From a virus (lineage: Duplodnaviria > Caudoviricetes), in IMG/VR virus record IMGVR_UViG_3300005535_000018, positions 39,500 to 103,499 of that record: a stretch of 64,000 nucleotides of DNA; one strand, written 5' to 3'. Positions 34,921 through 44,557 of this stretch are shown here, one piece after another. The stretch's first letter is position 1. The number at the start of each line of letters is the position of its first letter. A program made the translations under genes and the position numbers. Under the pieces are notes generated by a model that worked only from the letters and a program-made list of their open reading frames with translations, did not search any database and was not told where the DNA came from.

Positions 34921-36893
34921 CGGTGGCGACCCTGCCCGCCCACCGTCTGCCCGACCTCAACCAGCGCTGCACCGGCACCGCGACCACGACCGGCGCCCAG
35001 TGCCGCCGGTGGACCGTGCCCGGCACCGACCGGTGCGGCACCCACGCCTCCGCGACGTTGCCGATGCAGGCCGTCACCGCCTCGGTCGCCACGGTCCAGA
35101 TGGAGGGGGTGGGGTGGCGTACCTGGCGGCCCGGCTCCCGCACCTGGCAGACCGAGGCGTGGCGCCTCTACGACATCACCCCCCAGCTGCGGTTCGTCTG
35201 CAACTGGGTCGGCAACTCCGTCAGCCGGTGCCGGCTGTACGTGGCCGAGCTGGACGAGTCCGGCGAGATCACCGGCGAGGTCGACGACCCCGAGATCGGC
35301 GCCCTGGCGCAGGGCCCCCTCGGTAAGGGCCCCGCCAAAGACGAGGCGCTGCGACTGCTGGCGATCAACCTGTACGTGCCGGGTGACGGCTTCATCGTCG
35401 CCGAGGCCGACGCCGGCCCCGACGGCGACGACCTGTGGTTCGTGACGAGCGGCCGCCAGATTCGCCTGTCCGGCGACCGGATCATCATTCGCCGCTCGCT
35501 GCTGCACGGCGGCGGCGACATGATCTTTAGGCCCGGGGTGGACCTGCTGCTGCAGGTGTGGACGCCTCACCCGGCCGAACCGGACGAGCCGGACTCGCCG
35601 ACCCGCTCGGCCATCCCTGACCTGCGAGAGATCGAGGCCCTGCGCAAGCGCGAGTTCGCCGAGTTGGACTCGCGGTTGGCCGGCGCGGGCCTGCTCGCCC
35701 TGCCGCAGGGCATCGACTTCCCTCGGGCGCCCGACGACCCGCCCGGCATCGACGGCTTCCAACGGCTGCTGATGCGGGCGATGGCGACCAGCCTGCAGGA
35801 CCGGGCCTCCGCCGAAGCCCTCGTGCCGATCATGGTGACCGTCCCGCCCGACGTCGTCGACAAGATCAGGCTGGTCACGTTCTGGAGCGACCTGTCCGAG
35901 CAGTTGCTGCCGTTGCGTGAGGCGGCCGTGCGGTCCCTCGCCCAGGGCCTGGACATACCACCAGAAATCCTCCTAGGTCAGGCAGATAGCAATCACTGGA
36001 CTGCCTGGCAGGTGAGCGACGATGCGATCACCACGCAGATCAAACCGATCTTGGCCCGCATCGCCGACGCCCTCACCACCGGCTACCTGCGCCCGGCGCT
36101 CGAGTCGATGGGCCTCGACCCGGACCTGTACTCGTACGACTTCGACACCGGCCCCCTGTCCGCCCGCCCGAACCGCACCACCGACGCCCTCGCCTACCAC
36201 TCCGAGATCCTGTTGTCCGACGAGGCGGCCGTGCTCGCGGGCGCGTGGACGCCGGAGCAGATGCCCACGCAGCGGGAGCGGCTACGCCGCATCGCGGAGC
36301 GGGCCCTGGTGGCTGACCCGACCCTGCTGACCGACCCGACGATCAGGGAACTGGTGGGCCTACCGCCGCCCCCGCCGTCGGTGGTCGCGCCGGCCCCACC
36401 GCCCGGCGCCCCCAGCCCGCCGCCGCCCGCCCCGGGTCAGGAACCCCGCGCTATCCCGACCCAGCCCACCGAGGCTCCCAAACCGGCCCCCCCGCCGGCC
36501 CAGCCCGCCCCCGCGCCGGCCCCGACGGCAGCGTTGCTGCTGCCCGTGGCGGGGCTGGCGGTGCGGCGGGCCCTTGCCCTGGCCGGGGTGCGGCTGGTCA
36601 CCCACTACCAACGTGACCAGTGGCCCGACACGCCCCGCCACCAGCTCCACACCCGACGCGGCCCGGTCAGCGTCGCCGACGCCGAACGGGTGCTGCGCGG
36701 CGCCTGGACCGAGCTGGCCCCCGCCGCCGACGACCTCGGCCTTGACCCGGTCAGTGTTGAGACCCTCCTGCACGGCTTCTGCGTCGAGCTCCTCACCCGC
36801 GGCATGGCGTACGAGGCGACCCTGCTGCGTGACCTCGTCGACGCCGCCTGCACCGGCCGGCGCCTCGACGCGGCACTGGGGGTCGCCGCATGA
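34917..36893 (+). CDS. Portal protein
   Basis: Position after TerL; WQTEAW.LYD..PQL; DSP.RS; LDIPPEILLG..NHW.AW. Confidence 0.85.
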   Translation: MTVATLPAHRLPDLNQRCTGTATTTGAQCRRWTVPGTDRCGTHASATLPMQAVTASVATVQMEGVGWRTWRPGSRTWQTEAWRLYDITPQLRFVCNWVGNSVSRCRLYVAELDESGEITGEVDDPEIGALAQGPLGKGPAKDEALRLLAINLYVPGDGFIVAEADAGPDGDDLWFVTSGRQIRLSGDRIIIRRSLLHGGGDMIFRPGVDLLLQVWTPHPAEPDEPDSPTRSAIPDLREIEALRKREFAELDSRLAGAGLLALPQGIDFPRAPDDPPGIDGFQRLLMRAMATSLQDRASAEALVPIMVTVPPDVVDKIRLVTFWSDLSEQLLPLREAAVRSLAQGLDIPPEILLGQADSNHWTAWQVSDDAITTQIKPILARIADALTTGYLRPALESMGLDPDLYSYDFDTGPLSARPNRTTDALAYHSEILLSDEAAVLAGAWTPEQMPTQRERLRRIAERALVADPTLLTDPTIRELVGLPPPPPSVVAPAPPPGAPSPPPPAPGQEPRAIPTQPTEAPKPAPPPAQPAPAPAPTAALLLPVAGLAVRRALALAGVRLVTHYQRDQWPDTPRHQLHTRRGPVSVADAERVLRGAWTELAPAADDLGLDPVSVETLLHGFCVELLTRGMAYEATLLRDLVDAACTGRRLDAALGVAA

Positions 36894-37282
36894 GCGACAC
36901 CCCGTGGGGCATTGCGCAGGCCGTCGCGCAACGCAACGGCCTCGACCCGCTCGTGCTGTACACCCACGCCAACGCCCACCACGACGGCAACCCGATCGGC
37001 CCCGACTGGACCGCCCAATGTGAGGCGGCCGCCGCCTGTCTGCACGGCCACGACCCGGCCCAATGGCTCATCGCGGAGGTTGACCGGGCCGCGGCCGAGG
37101 TCACCGACCGGGTGCTGCGGCCAGCCCTGGCCGACGCGGGCCTGGACCCCACTCAGCATTCGCTCCGGTTCGACACGACGCCCCTGCTGACCGACGAGCT
37201 GCGGCCGCTGCGAGACGCGGCCGTGCGGTCCCTCGCCCGGGGCCTCGACATCCAGCCCGAGATCCTCGGCGGTGGGCAGTGA
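36890..37282 (+). CDS. Hypothetical protein containing portal-derived segments
   Basis: LRPAL..GLDP..FDT.PL and PLR.AAVRSLA.GLDI.PEIL. Confidence 0.65.
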   Translation: MSDTPWGIAQAVAQRNGLDPLVLYTHANAHHDGNPIGPDWTAQCEAAAACLHGHDPAQWLIAEVDRAAAEVTDRVLRPALADAGLDPTQHSLRFDTTPLLTDELRPLRDAAVRSLARGLDIQPEILGGGQ

Positions 37283-38124
37283 CGGGCTGGGACGGCACCG
37301 GCGTCGACCCGTTTCTGCCCGAACGCATCGCGGCCGAGCTGGACGCCGCCACCGCCGAACGGCAGGTGTACCGGGCCTGGTGGTCGTCGCTGTCCGAATG
37401 GCTCGTCGAAGTCAACCGCGGCGTGTTGGCCAGCGGCCTGCCCGACCCGAACGCGATCTGGGCGCAGGCCCCGCAGTGGTCGTCGCTGATGGACGGCGTC
37501 GTCTACGGCGCCGTACGCGGCGCGGTCGGCCTGCCCTACGGGCAGCTGCTGGGCGGCGACTACCTGTTCGATCAACGGCCGGCGGTCACCGCCTACCTGG
37601 GTGAGGTCCACAACCGGATGGTCCGCACCCCGGAGCAGGTGTACGACGTCGTCGCCCGCCAGGTCGCCCGCGGCGCCGCGGCCGGCGAGTCCATCCCGAC
37701 CATCGCGGCCCGGGTCGACGACGTGCTCACCACGACCGGCACCGCCAACTGGCGGGGCCGGGCCACCGTCGTCGCCCGCACCGAAACGTTGGGGGCGCTG
37801 TCGTTCGGCCGGGCCGACGCCTTCAGCGCCGTCGCCGACACCCTGGGCGGCGACTTCGAGCTGGTGTGGTTGGCCACTTTGGACAGTCGGGTGCGGCCCG
37901 CCCACCGCATCGCCGACGGCCAACGCGTGCCGCTCGGCACCCCCTTCACGGTCGACGGCGAGCACCTCATGCGCCCCGGCGACCCGGCCGGCTCGGCCGA
38001 CAACGTCATCCAATGCCGCTGCTCAACCCTCCTGGAGCGGCCGGGCGAGACCACCGACATGACCGGACGCGGCTTCACCGACGCGGCCGCGTGGTGGGCC
38101 AAGCAAATCGCGCAGGTCACATAA
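37279..38124 (+). CDS. MuF/SPP1 gp7-like minor head protein
   Basis: ARTET; WLATLDSRVRPAH..ADGQ; PGDP..NVIQCRC. Confidence 0.9.
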   Translation: MTGWDGTGVDPFLPERIAAELDAATAERQVYRAWWSSLSEWLVEVNRGVLASGLPDPNAIWAQAPQWSSLMDGVVYGAVRGAVGLPYGQLLGGDYLFDQRPAVTAYLGEVHNRMVRTPEQVYDVVARQVARGAAAGESIPTIAARVDDVLTTTGTANWRGRATVVARTETLGALSFGRADAFSAVADTLGGDFELVWLATLDSRVRPAHRIADGQRVPLGTPFTVDGEHLMRPGDPAGSADNVIQCRCSTLLERPGETTDMTGRGFTDAAAWWAKQIAQVT

Positions 38125-38139
38125 GGGAGCACAACCATC

Positions 38140-40287
38140 ATGGGTACGCGCTGGCGCGGGATGCTCGCGCCGATCAACCGGCCGACCGGCGACGGGCGGC
38201 GTATGGCCAAGGGTGCGTTCCGGTCCCGGCCGCTGCCCCTGGCCCTGAAGTGGCAGCGGCAAGACGAGATGGGCCACGATTCCTCGGTTGTGGTTGGCCT
38301 CGTCGACCGGCTCGACATCGACGAGGTGTCGGGCGAGGTGTGGGCCGAAGGGGAGCTGTTCGACGACCAGCCCCAGTTGCCGCGCCTCACCCAGGACGTC
38401 GCCGAGGCGATGCTGCTGACCTCCAAGAAGATCATCGGCCCGTCGGTGGATGCCGGCGCCGCCGAAATGATCTTTGTGCGGGAGGGCTCCGACGTCCCGT
38501 TGACTGACGCTGACTGGGAAGAGCTGCTGCGCCAGGAGATGGACTCAGGCGAACCGGCACCCATCGAGATGCTGTTCACCGACTACGAGATCGCCGCCGC
38601 CACACTGGTCGCGATTCCGGCGTTCGTCGAAGCCCGGCCATTCCAGCTGCTGCCCGCCGCCCCGGCCGAGCAACCCGCCCCCGACGCGGCGCCCCAGCCC
38701 GCACCGGAGCCAGCGCCGGCCGCGGCCGGCCGGCTTGCGGTGCTGACCGCGGCCGCGGCCGGGCCGGTCACGTTGCCGGCTGACGTGTTCGCCGGCCCCG
38801 CCGACGCCCCGCCCTACCAGCTGCTGACGGTTGAGGCGCCCCGCGACGGGGAGCCGTTCCGGCGGGTGGCCGGCTACGCCGCCGCGTTCGGCGTGTGCCA
38901 CGTCGGGTTCAAGGGCGTCTGTGTCCAGGCCCCCAACGCCTCGGTCGACTACGCCCTGTACCACCGCTACCCGCTCGACACGGCCGAAGGTCTGGTGGCC
39001 ACCGGCCGCATCACCACCGGCCTCGGCCGGGTCGGGTCGGGCTGCTCGCACCTCAAGTGCCGCCGCAACGACGACCACGCCTGCCGCGACTATTCGCTGA
39101 CCGACACGATCAGCCACCACGACCAGATGCGCACCGTTGCGCACGTGCGGGCGACCGAATACGCCGGCGTGGGCGTCTGGGTCCAGGGCATCATCGCCGA
39201 CGACGCCACCGACGACGACCTGGCGGTGCTGGCCCGGCAGCGGGTGTCGGCCGACTGGCGCGAGTACGCGGGCCACCTCGAGATGGTCGAGGTGTTGGCG
39301 TTGGCGAAGGAGGAGCCCGGCTTCCCGATTCCCGCGACGACCATCCGCGACGGCCGCCAGTACAGCCTGATCGCGGCGGGTGCGGTGCCGCCTCTCGACC
39401 CGGTGACCGTGACACCGCCACCCGAGCCGGAGTTGGCGGGCGTGGCGGCGACGATCGCGTCGCTGGTCGTGGCGGAGCTCCGCCGGCCGCTGCTGGCCGC
39501 GGCCGCCGCCGCCGACTCGAAGCCCGCGCCTGACCAGCAGCCCCCGCCGGACTGCCAGCCCGGCGAGCCGGGCTGCGAAGACATGCCGATGCCGGTGCAG
39601 CACACCGGCGCGATGGTGGCGTTGGTGCCGTCAGAAGCCGACGCGGCCCGCCTCGCCGTCGACGGCGGCGAAGCCCCCGAAGAGCTGCACCTCACCCTCG
39701 TCTACCTGGGTGAGGCGGCCGACATCAACGCCGCCAGCCGGCAGGCCATCATCGACTCCCTGACCTCGCTGTGCGCGGAGTGGCACACGGCTGCCGAAGG
39801 TGAGCTGTCGATCGTCGGGGATGCGTTCAGCGTCAACGCTTTCAACCCGGCGGCCGAAGACAAGGAACCCTGCATCGTGTTGGGCGTCTCGGGCGAGCAG
39901 GTCGCCGCCGCCCACGAGCAGGTGACCGACGTCGTCAAGGCCGTCTTCGGGTTCCCGCCCCAACACCAGCCGTACGTGCCGCACGTGACCCTCGCCTACA
40001 CCGAGGACATGTCGCTGATCGCCGACCTGGCCGACCGCACCGGCGACGTCACGTTCGACCGGGTCCGGATCGCGTTCGCGGGCGCCTACCACGACATTCC
40101 GTTGGGCGGCCCCGCCGACCCGGCCACCGACGGCGAGGCCCCGCCAGCCGGCGGGCAGGAGCCGGTGACCGCGGCGGCGTTGCTGGCCGAGCTGGGCGCT
40201 GCCCTCGACTGGCCCGACGCCGACGAGCGGGCCCGGGCCGCGGCCGAGCTGGCCCGCGAGATCGAGCGGGAGGCCGTGCATGTGTAG
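38140..40287 (+). CDS. Head maturation protease-like protein with C-terminal 2H phosphoesterase
   Basis: TGDGR..LPL..GH..VVG; HLTL and HVTL motifs. Confidence 0.78.
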   Translation: MGTRWRGMLAPINRPTGDGRRMAKGAFRSRPLPLALKWQRQDEMGHDSSVVVGLVDRLDIDEVSGEVWAEGELFDDQPQLPRLTQDVAEAMLLTSKKIIGPSVDAGAAEMIFVREGSDVPLTDADWEELLRQEMDSGEPAPIEMLFTDYEIAAATLVAIPAFVEARPFQLLPAAPAEQPAPDAAPQPAPEPAPAAAGRLAVLTAAAAGPVTLPADVFAGPADAPPYQLLTVEAPRDGEPFRRVAGYAAAFGVCHVGFKGVCVQAPNASVDYALYHRYPLDTAEGLVATGRITTGLGRVGSGCSHLKCRRNDDHACRDYSLTDTISHHDQMRTVAHVRATEYAGVGVWVQGIIADDATDDDLAVLARQRVSADWREYAGHLEMVEVLALAKEEPGFPIPATTIRDGRQYSLIAAGAVPPLDPVTVTPPPEPELAGVAATIASLVVAELRRPLLAAAAAADSKPAPDQQPPPDCQPGEPGCEDMPMPVQHTGAMVALVPSEADAARLAVDGGEAPEELHLTLVYLGEAADINAASRQAIIDSLTSLCAEWHTAAEGELSIVGDAFSVNAFNPAAEDKEPCIVLGVSGEQVAAAHEQVTDVVKAVFGFPPQHQPYVPHVTLAYTEDMSLIADLADRTGDVTFDRVRIAFAGAYHDIPLGGPADPATDGEAPPAGGQEPVTAAALLAELGAALDWPDADERARAAAELAREIEREAVHV

Positions 40288-40411
40288 CTGCGGCAAGCGG
40301 TTCGTTGTCACCTACCCCGACGGGCACACCGAGACGAAGAGCAGCGCCACCGCTGCCCGCATCGCCGCGGCGAAGGTGCCCGGCGCCACGTGGGCGGCGG
40401 CGCCGAAGTGA
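40280..40411 (+). CDS. 43-aa MCxC protein (not in ORF track)
   Basis: GGAGG RBS; MCSCGKRFVVTYPDG; such mini-proteins follow actinophage head proteases. Confidence 0.65.
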   Translation: MCSCGKRFVVTYPDGHTETKSSATAARIAAAKVPGATWAAAPK

Positions 40412-40716
40412 CCGTGACGTTGCCGCCGTTCCCGGTCGACGAGGCCACGCTGGCCCTGCTCGAAGCGGCGATCGACCCGTGGAGCCATGGCCACCCCGAG
40501 GCCGAACGGTCGTCGCTGTGGGACCTGCTGGACCTGATGTCTGAGCTGGGCGGCTCAGACATTCGTGCCGTCGCCGAGGTCCACGACGACGGCACGGACG
40601 GTGGCCCGTCGATCACCACCATGCGTGACCCTCGCTACACCGACCACTGCGTCATCGCCGCCCTCATCGGCGAGGTGCGCCGGCTGCGGGCCCTGACCAC
40701 GGGGCAGGGCCCGTAG
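40408..40716 (+). CDS. Hypothetical protein
   Basis: GTGA overlap. Confidence 0.6.
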   Translation: MTVTLPPFPVDEATLALLEAAIDPWSHGHPEAERSSLWDLLDLMSELGGSDIRAVAEVHDDGTDGGPSITTMRDPRYTDHCVIAALIGEVRRLRALTTGQGP

Positions 40717-41378
40717 TGCCGGTCGACTGCGTTGTTCTCTTGCCCATGCTGGGCCGGGCCCATCGGGTCCGGCCCTTGCTGGAGTCTCTGCACGCCTCGA
40801 CCGACCAGGCCCGGGCCCTGTTCGTCGTCCACCAGGGCGACACCGACGTCCTGGCGGCCATCAAGGCCCAAGGCGCCGACCACATGTTCGTGACGCGGGT
40901 GCCGGTCGGCGACTACGCCCGGAAGATCAACCTCGGCTACCGGGGCAGCACCGAGCCGTTGATCTTCCTCGGGGCGTCAGATCTCCACTTCCACCCCGGC
41001 TGGCTCGACGCCTGCCGGGCCGTGCTCACCCCCGGCGTGGGTGTGGTCGGCACCAACGACCTCGGCTCGCCGCGGGTGATGGCCGGCGACCACTCCACCC
41101 ACTCGCTGGTGACCCGCGACTACGCCGACCGGCACGGCACGATCGACGGCCCGGGCCAGATCTACTGCGAGGCGTACCCGCACGAATACGTCGACGACGA
41201 GCTGGTCGGCACCGCCAAACACCGCGGCGCGTGGGCCTTCGCCGCCGACGCCCACGTCGAGCACCTCCACCCCAACTGGCACCCCGAGGTGCCGATGGAC
41301 GAGACGTACCGGGGCCAGCAGCGGCGCATGCTCATCGGCCGGCGCATCTTCAACCGCAGGCGGCACCGGTGGATGTGA
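40716..41378 (+). CDS. Glycosyltransferase (GT-A/GT2-like)
   Basis: VLLPMLGR; KINLG; FLGASDL; YVDDEL; VEHLH. Confidence 0.8.
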   Translation: MPVDCVVLLPMLGRAHRVRPLLESLHASTDQARALFVVHQGDTDVLAAIKAQGADHMFVTRVPVGDYARKINLGYRGSTEPLIFLGASDLHFHPGWLDACRAVLTPGVGVVGTNDLGSPRVMAGDHSTHSLVTRDYADRHGTIDGPGQIYCEAYPHEYVDDELVGTAKHRGAWAFAADAHVEHLHPNWHPEVPMDETYRGQQRRMLIGRRIFNRRRHRWM

Positions 41379-41983
41379 CGGTGTGCGTGGCCACATTTGG
41401 CGGCCCGGAATGGGAACACCTCGCCCGCAGCCGGGCGTTGCCGTCGGCCCGGGCGTTGGGGGTGCCGGCGGTCCACGTCCACGCCGGCACCCTCCACGAG
41501 GCCCGCAACCTCGCCGTCGCCGAGGTCGACACCGAGTGGGTCATCCACCTCGACGCCGACGACGAGCTGGAGCCCGGCTACGTCACCGCGATGGCCGCCG
41601 GGTCGGCTGACGTGCGGGCCCCCGCAGTGCGGTACATCCGCGGCTACGGCGACCGGTCGGCCGCCGCTGCCATGCCCCGCGTCGCGGGCCACGACCACGA
41701 CTGCACCGGCGGGTGCCTGCCGTACGGCAACTGGCTCGTCGTCGGGGCGGCGGTGCGCACCGAGCTGGTGCGGGCGGTGGGCGGCTGGCAGGACTGGGAC
41801 TGGAGCGAGGACTGGGATCTGTGGCTGCGGATCTTCCTGGCCGGCGGGTCGTTTGAAGCTGTGCCGGCCGCCGTTTACCGGGCCCATGTGCGGCGCGGCT
41901 CCCGCAACCGGGGCCGCTCCCACGCCGCCCGTCTCGCCACCCACCGCGCGATCGCCGAAGCGAACGGGGTACCGGTGCCGTGA
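41375..41983 (+). CDS. Glycosyltransferase (GT2)
   Basis: ARNLA; HLDADD; VGGW..SEDWDLWLR. Confidence 0.88.
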   Translation: MTVCVATFGGPEWEHLARSRALPSARALGVPAVHVHAGTLHEARNLAVAEVDTEWVIHLDADDELEPGYVTAMAAGSADVRAPAVRYIRGYGDRSAAAAMPRVAGHDHDCTGGCLPYGNWLVVGAAVRTELVRAVGGWQDWDWSEDWDLWLRIFLAGGSFEAVPAAVYRAHVRRGSRNRGRSHAARLATHRAIAEANGVPVP

Positions 41984-42183
41984 CAACCGACTGCCTGTGG
42001 TGTGACCGGGAATGTCCCCGCTGCGGATTCCCCATCCCGGTCGGCTGGGAACACGCCGAACAGCAGCCCCCACTCGACGGGGCGATCGTGGCGATCTGTC
42101 ACCTGCGGCGGGCGGTGCGGCCACTCATCGACACCCTGGCCGGCTACCTGAACCACTACAAGCATGTGAAGGCCGGCCGGTGA
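41980..42183 (+). CDS. Small Cys-rich hypothetical protein
   Basis: Coupled. Confidence 0.5.
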   Translation: MTTDCLWCDRECPRCGFPIPVGWEHAEQQPPLDGAIVAICHLRRAVRPLIDTLAGYLNHYKHVKAGR

Positions 42184-42412
42184 ACACCTGGCAGCCGAGC
42201 CGCCCCGGTGACACCCCCGGGGCGGCGCCCCACGGTGACGACGGGCAGCCGCTGCCCCGGCCAGAGTGTTCGCTCGGTGGCGGGTTCCGGCTGACCACCG
42301 TCGCCCTCGGCCGTAAGCGGGTCCACCACCTGCGCAACGAATGGCCCCGGCCCACCAGCCGTCGTCGCCGGCCTCGCCGGCCGCCCCGGCTGCGCCGCTG
42401 GGACGGACACGC

Positions 42413-43201
42413 ATGACGGCCACCGGTGACTTCTACGAAGACGACGAGCCGGCCGGCGATGTCCAGCGGGCGTTCGAGGAGGGCACCAAAGCCACGACCC
42501 GGCCCGGGATACGGGTTGCGGTGCTGGTGGTCACCGACGGGCGAGACGAATATCTGCTGCGTACGGTCCGGGCAGCGATGGCGAACCTGACCGGGCCGAT
42601 CACCGAATGGTGGATGTACGACGACACCGGCGACTACGTCTACCGCGACTCGCTGGCCCGCCGCTACCCGACGTTCCGCCTCTTCGACGCCGGCCCGCGG
42701 CAAGGCTTCGGCGGCGCGATCAGGACCGCGTGGGCGAAGCTGACAGCCGACTCCACAGTGGACTACGTGTTCCACCTCGAACAGGACTTCGTGCTGACCC
42801 GCCGGGTCGACCTCGGCGAGCTGGCGGCCGTGCTGGACCGCCGGCCACACCTCGCGCAGATGGCCCTCGTCAGGCAAGCGTGGAACGAGCAGGAACGCTC
42901 GGCCGGGGGGCTGATCGCCCGCCACCCCGAGGCGTACCACCCGGCCGGCGACGAGTTCGGCCGGGTGTGGATGGAGCATCGCCTGTTCTGGACCACGAAC
43001 CCCTCGTTGTACCACCGAGGCATGTGCCGCCTTCCCTGGCCCGACGGGCCCCAGTCGGAGGGCCGGTTCACGCTCTCGCTGCTTGAGCATGGCCTACCCG
43101 GCGTGCCGGCCGACGACCTGCGGTTCGCCTACTGGGGCCGCCACGAAGACGGCCCATGGGTCGAACACATCGGCGAGGTGAGAAGCGGACATGGCTACTG
43201 A
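42413..43201 (+). CDS. Glycosyltransferase (GT2-like)
   Basis: TDGR.EYL..T; YDD; FHLEQDF; TTNPSL; EHIG. Confidence 0.82.
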   Translation: MTATGDFYEDDEPAGDVQRAFEEGTKATTRPGIRVAVLVVTDGRDEYLLRTVRAAMANLTGPITEWWMYDDTGDYVYRDSLARRYPTFRLFDAGPRQGFGGAIRTAWAKLTADSTVDYVFHLEQDFVLTRRVDLGELAAVLDRRPHLAQMALVRQAWNEQERSAGGLIARHPEAYHPAGDEFGRVWMEHRLFWTTNPSLYHRGMCRLPWPDGPQSEGRFTLSLLEHGLPGVPADDLRFAYWGRHEDGPWVEHIGEVRSGHGY

Positions 43202-43886
43202 CGTGAGCGTGGTGATCGCCTACCGAGACATGGGCGACCCGCACCGGGCCCAGGCCTTCCGGTACGTGCTGGACTGGTGGCAGGGCCTCGACGTGGAGAT
43301 CGTCGTCGAATCCGGGACGTCAGACGCCACCTTCACCCGCGCCACGGCGATCAACGCCGCCGTGACCCGAGCCAACGGTGACCTGATCATCGCGGCCGAC
43401 CCGGACAGCCTGGTACCGGCCGACCCGTCCCTGGTCGACGCCCTCGCCGTCGCCTCGGCCGCCGACGGCCTGGTCATCCCCCACGACCAATACCTGTACC
43501 TGACCCCGGCAGCCACCGCAGACGTGTACGGCGGCGCCGACCTGTGGGCGATGGGGCCGCAGCATTGCGAGTTCCACGGCCGCAACGGCCAAGGCAACGT
43601 GGTCGTGTTCCACCGCTCTGTCTGGCAGAAGGTCGGCGGGCTGGATGAGCGATTCCCGCTGTGGGGCGGTGACGACGCCGCGTTCTCGTACGCGACGCAC
43701 GCCTTGGTCGGGCCGATGGTGCGCCTGCCCGGCCCGATGGTCCACCTCTGGCACCACCGGCTACCTCAGTCCGAGCCGGGCCATCCTGGCTACGCCGAAC
43801 AGTTCGCGCTGTTGGCCCAGTACCGCGACGCCGCCGCCCAGGGCCCCGACGCGGTGCGGGCGCTGGTGGAGGCCCGCCGTGTATGA
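43191..43886 (+). CDS. Glycosyltransferase (GT2 with GT7C-like motif)
   Basis: SVVIAYR; AADPD; VGGLDERFPLWGGDD; HLWH. Confidence 0.87.
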   Translation: MATDVSVVIAYRDMGDPHRAQAFRYVLDWWQGLDVEIVVESGTSDATFTRATAINAAVTRANGDLIIAADPDSLVPADPSLVDALAVASAADGLVIPHDQYLYLTPAATADVYGGADLWAMGPQHCEFHGRNGQGNVVVFHRSVWQKVGGLDERFPLWGGDDAAFSYATHALVGPMVRLPGPMVHLWHHRLPQSEPGHPGYAEQFALLAQYRDAAAQGPDAVRALVEARRV

Positions 43887-44505
43887 CGCCGCTTTCTTCG
43901 ACACGATCAGGGCCGGCTGCCAGGCCAGCGCCGCGGTGGTGGTGCCGCTGGTGCTGGAGCACTTCTCTCCGCACGTGGTGCTCGACGTCGGGTGCGGGGA
44001 AGGCTGGTGGGCGAAGGCCTTCGCCGAGGTGGGTGGCTGTGAGGTGCTCGGCCTTGACGGCCCCGGCGGCGGCGGCGCGCTCGACGGCCGGTTCGTCGCG
44101 TGGGATCTGCGCTACTCCTTCGCCGACGTGGCCCAGGCCGATCTGGCCGTCGCGCTCGAGGTGGCCGAGCACCTGCCCGAGAAGCGGGCCGACCGCTTCG
44201 TCGACGACCTGTGCGCGGTCGCCCCGGTCGTGCTGTTCTCTGCCGCCGTCCCGGGCCAGGGCGGCACCGGCCACGTCAACGAGCAGTGGCCCGACTACTG
44301 GGTGGCCCGTTTCCAGGCCCGCGGCTTCGAGGTGTCGGGGGCGTTGCGTTGGCAGATCTGGGGTGACGACCGTGTCGAAAACTGGTACCGGCAGAACTTG
44401 CTCTTCGCGACGCGCTATCCGCAGAACTTCCCTCGGCTGTTCGACACCCCCCTGGCCGAGCCCTGGCCCGTTGTGCACCCGGTCCTCTACGACGCCCGAC
44501 GCTGA
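43879..44505 (+). CDS. Class I SAM-dependent methyltransferase
   Basis: VLDVGCGEG; LEVAEHL; PGQGGTGHVNEQ. Confidence 0.9.
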   Translation: MYDAAFFDTIRAGCQASAAVVVPLVLEHFSPHVVLDVGCGEGWWAKAFAEVGGCEVLGLDGPGGGGALDGRFVAWDLRYSFADVAQADLAVALEVAEHLPEKRADRFVDDLCAVAPVVLFSAAVPGQGGTGHVNEQWPDYWVARFQARGFEVSGALRWQIWGDDRVENWYRQNLLFATRYPQNFPRLFDTPLAEPWPVVHPVLYDARR

Positions 44506-44557
44506 CAGCTACGACATCACGATCAGCGTCTCCAGCCCCCAAACGGGTGATGGTGAT

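Noticed and set aside
35955-37270. Diversity-generating retroelement TR/VR pair (portal versus downstream copy)
   Set aside because: No reverse transcriptase in the window; the differences are mostly third-position rather than adenine-specific diversification.
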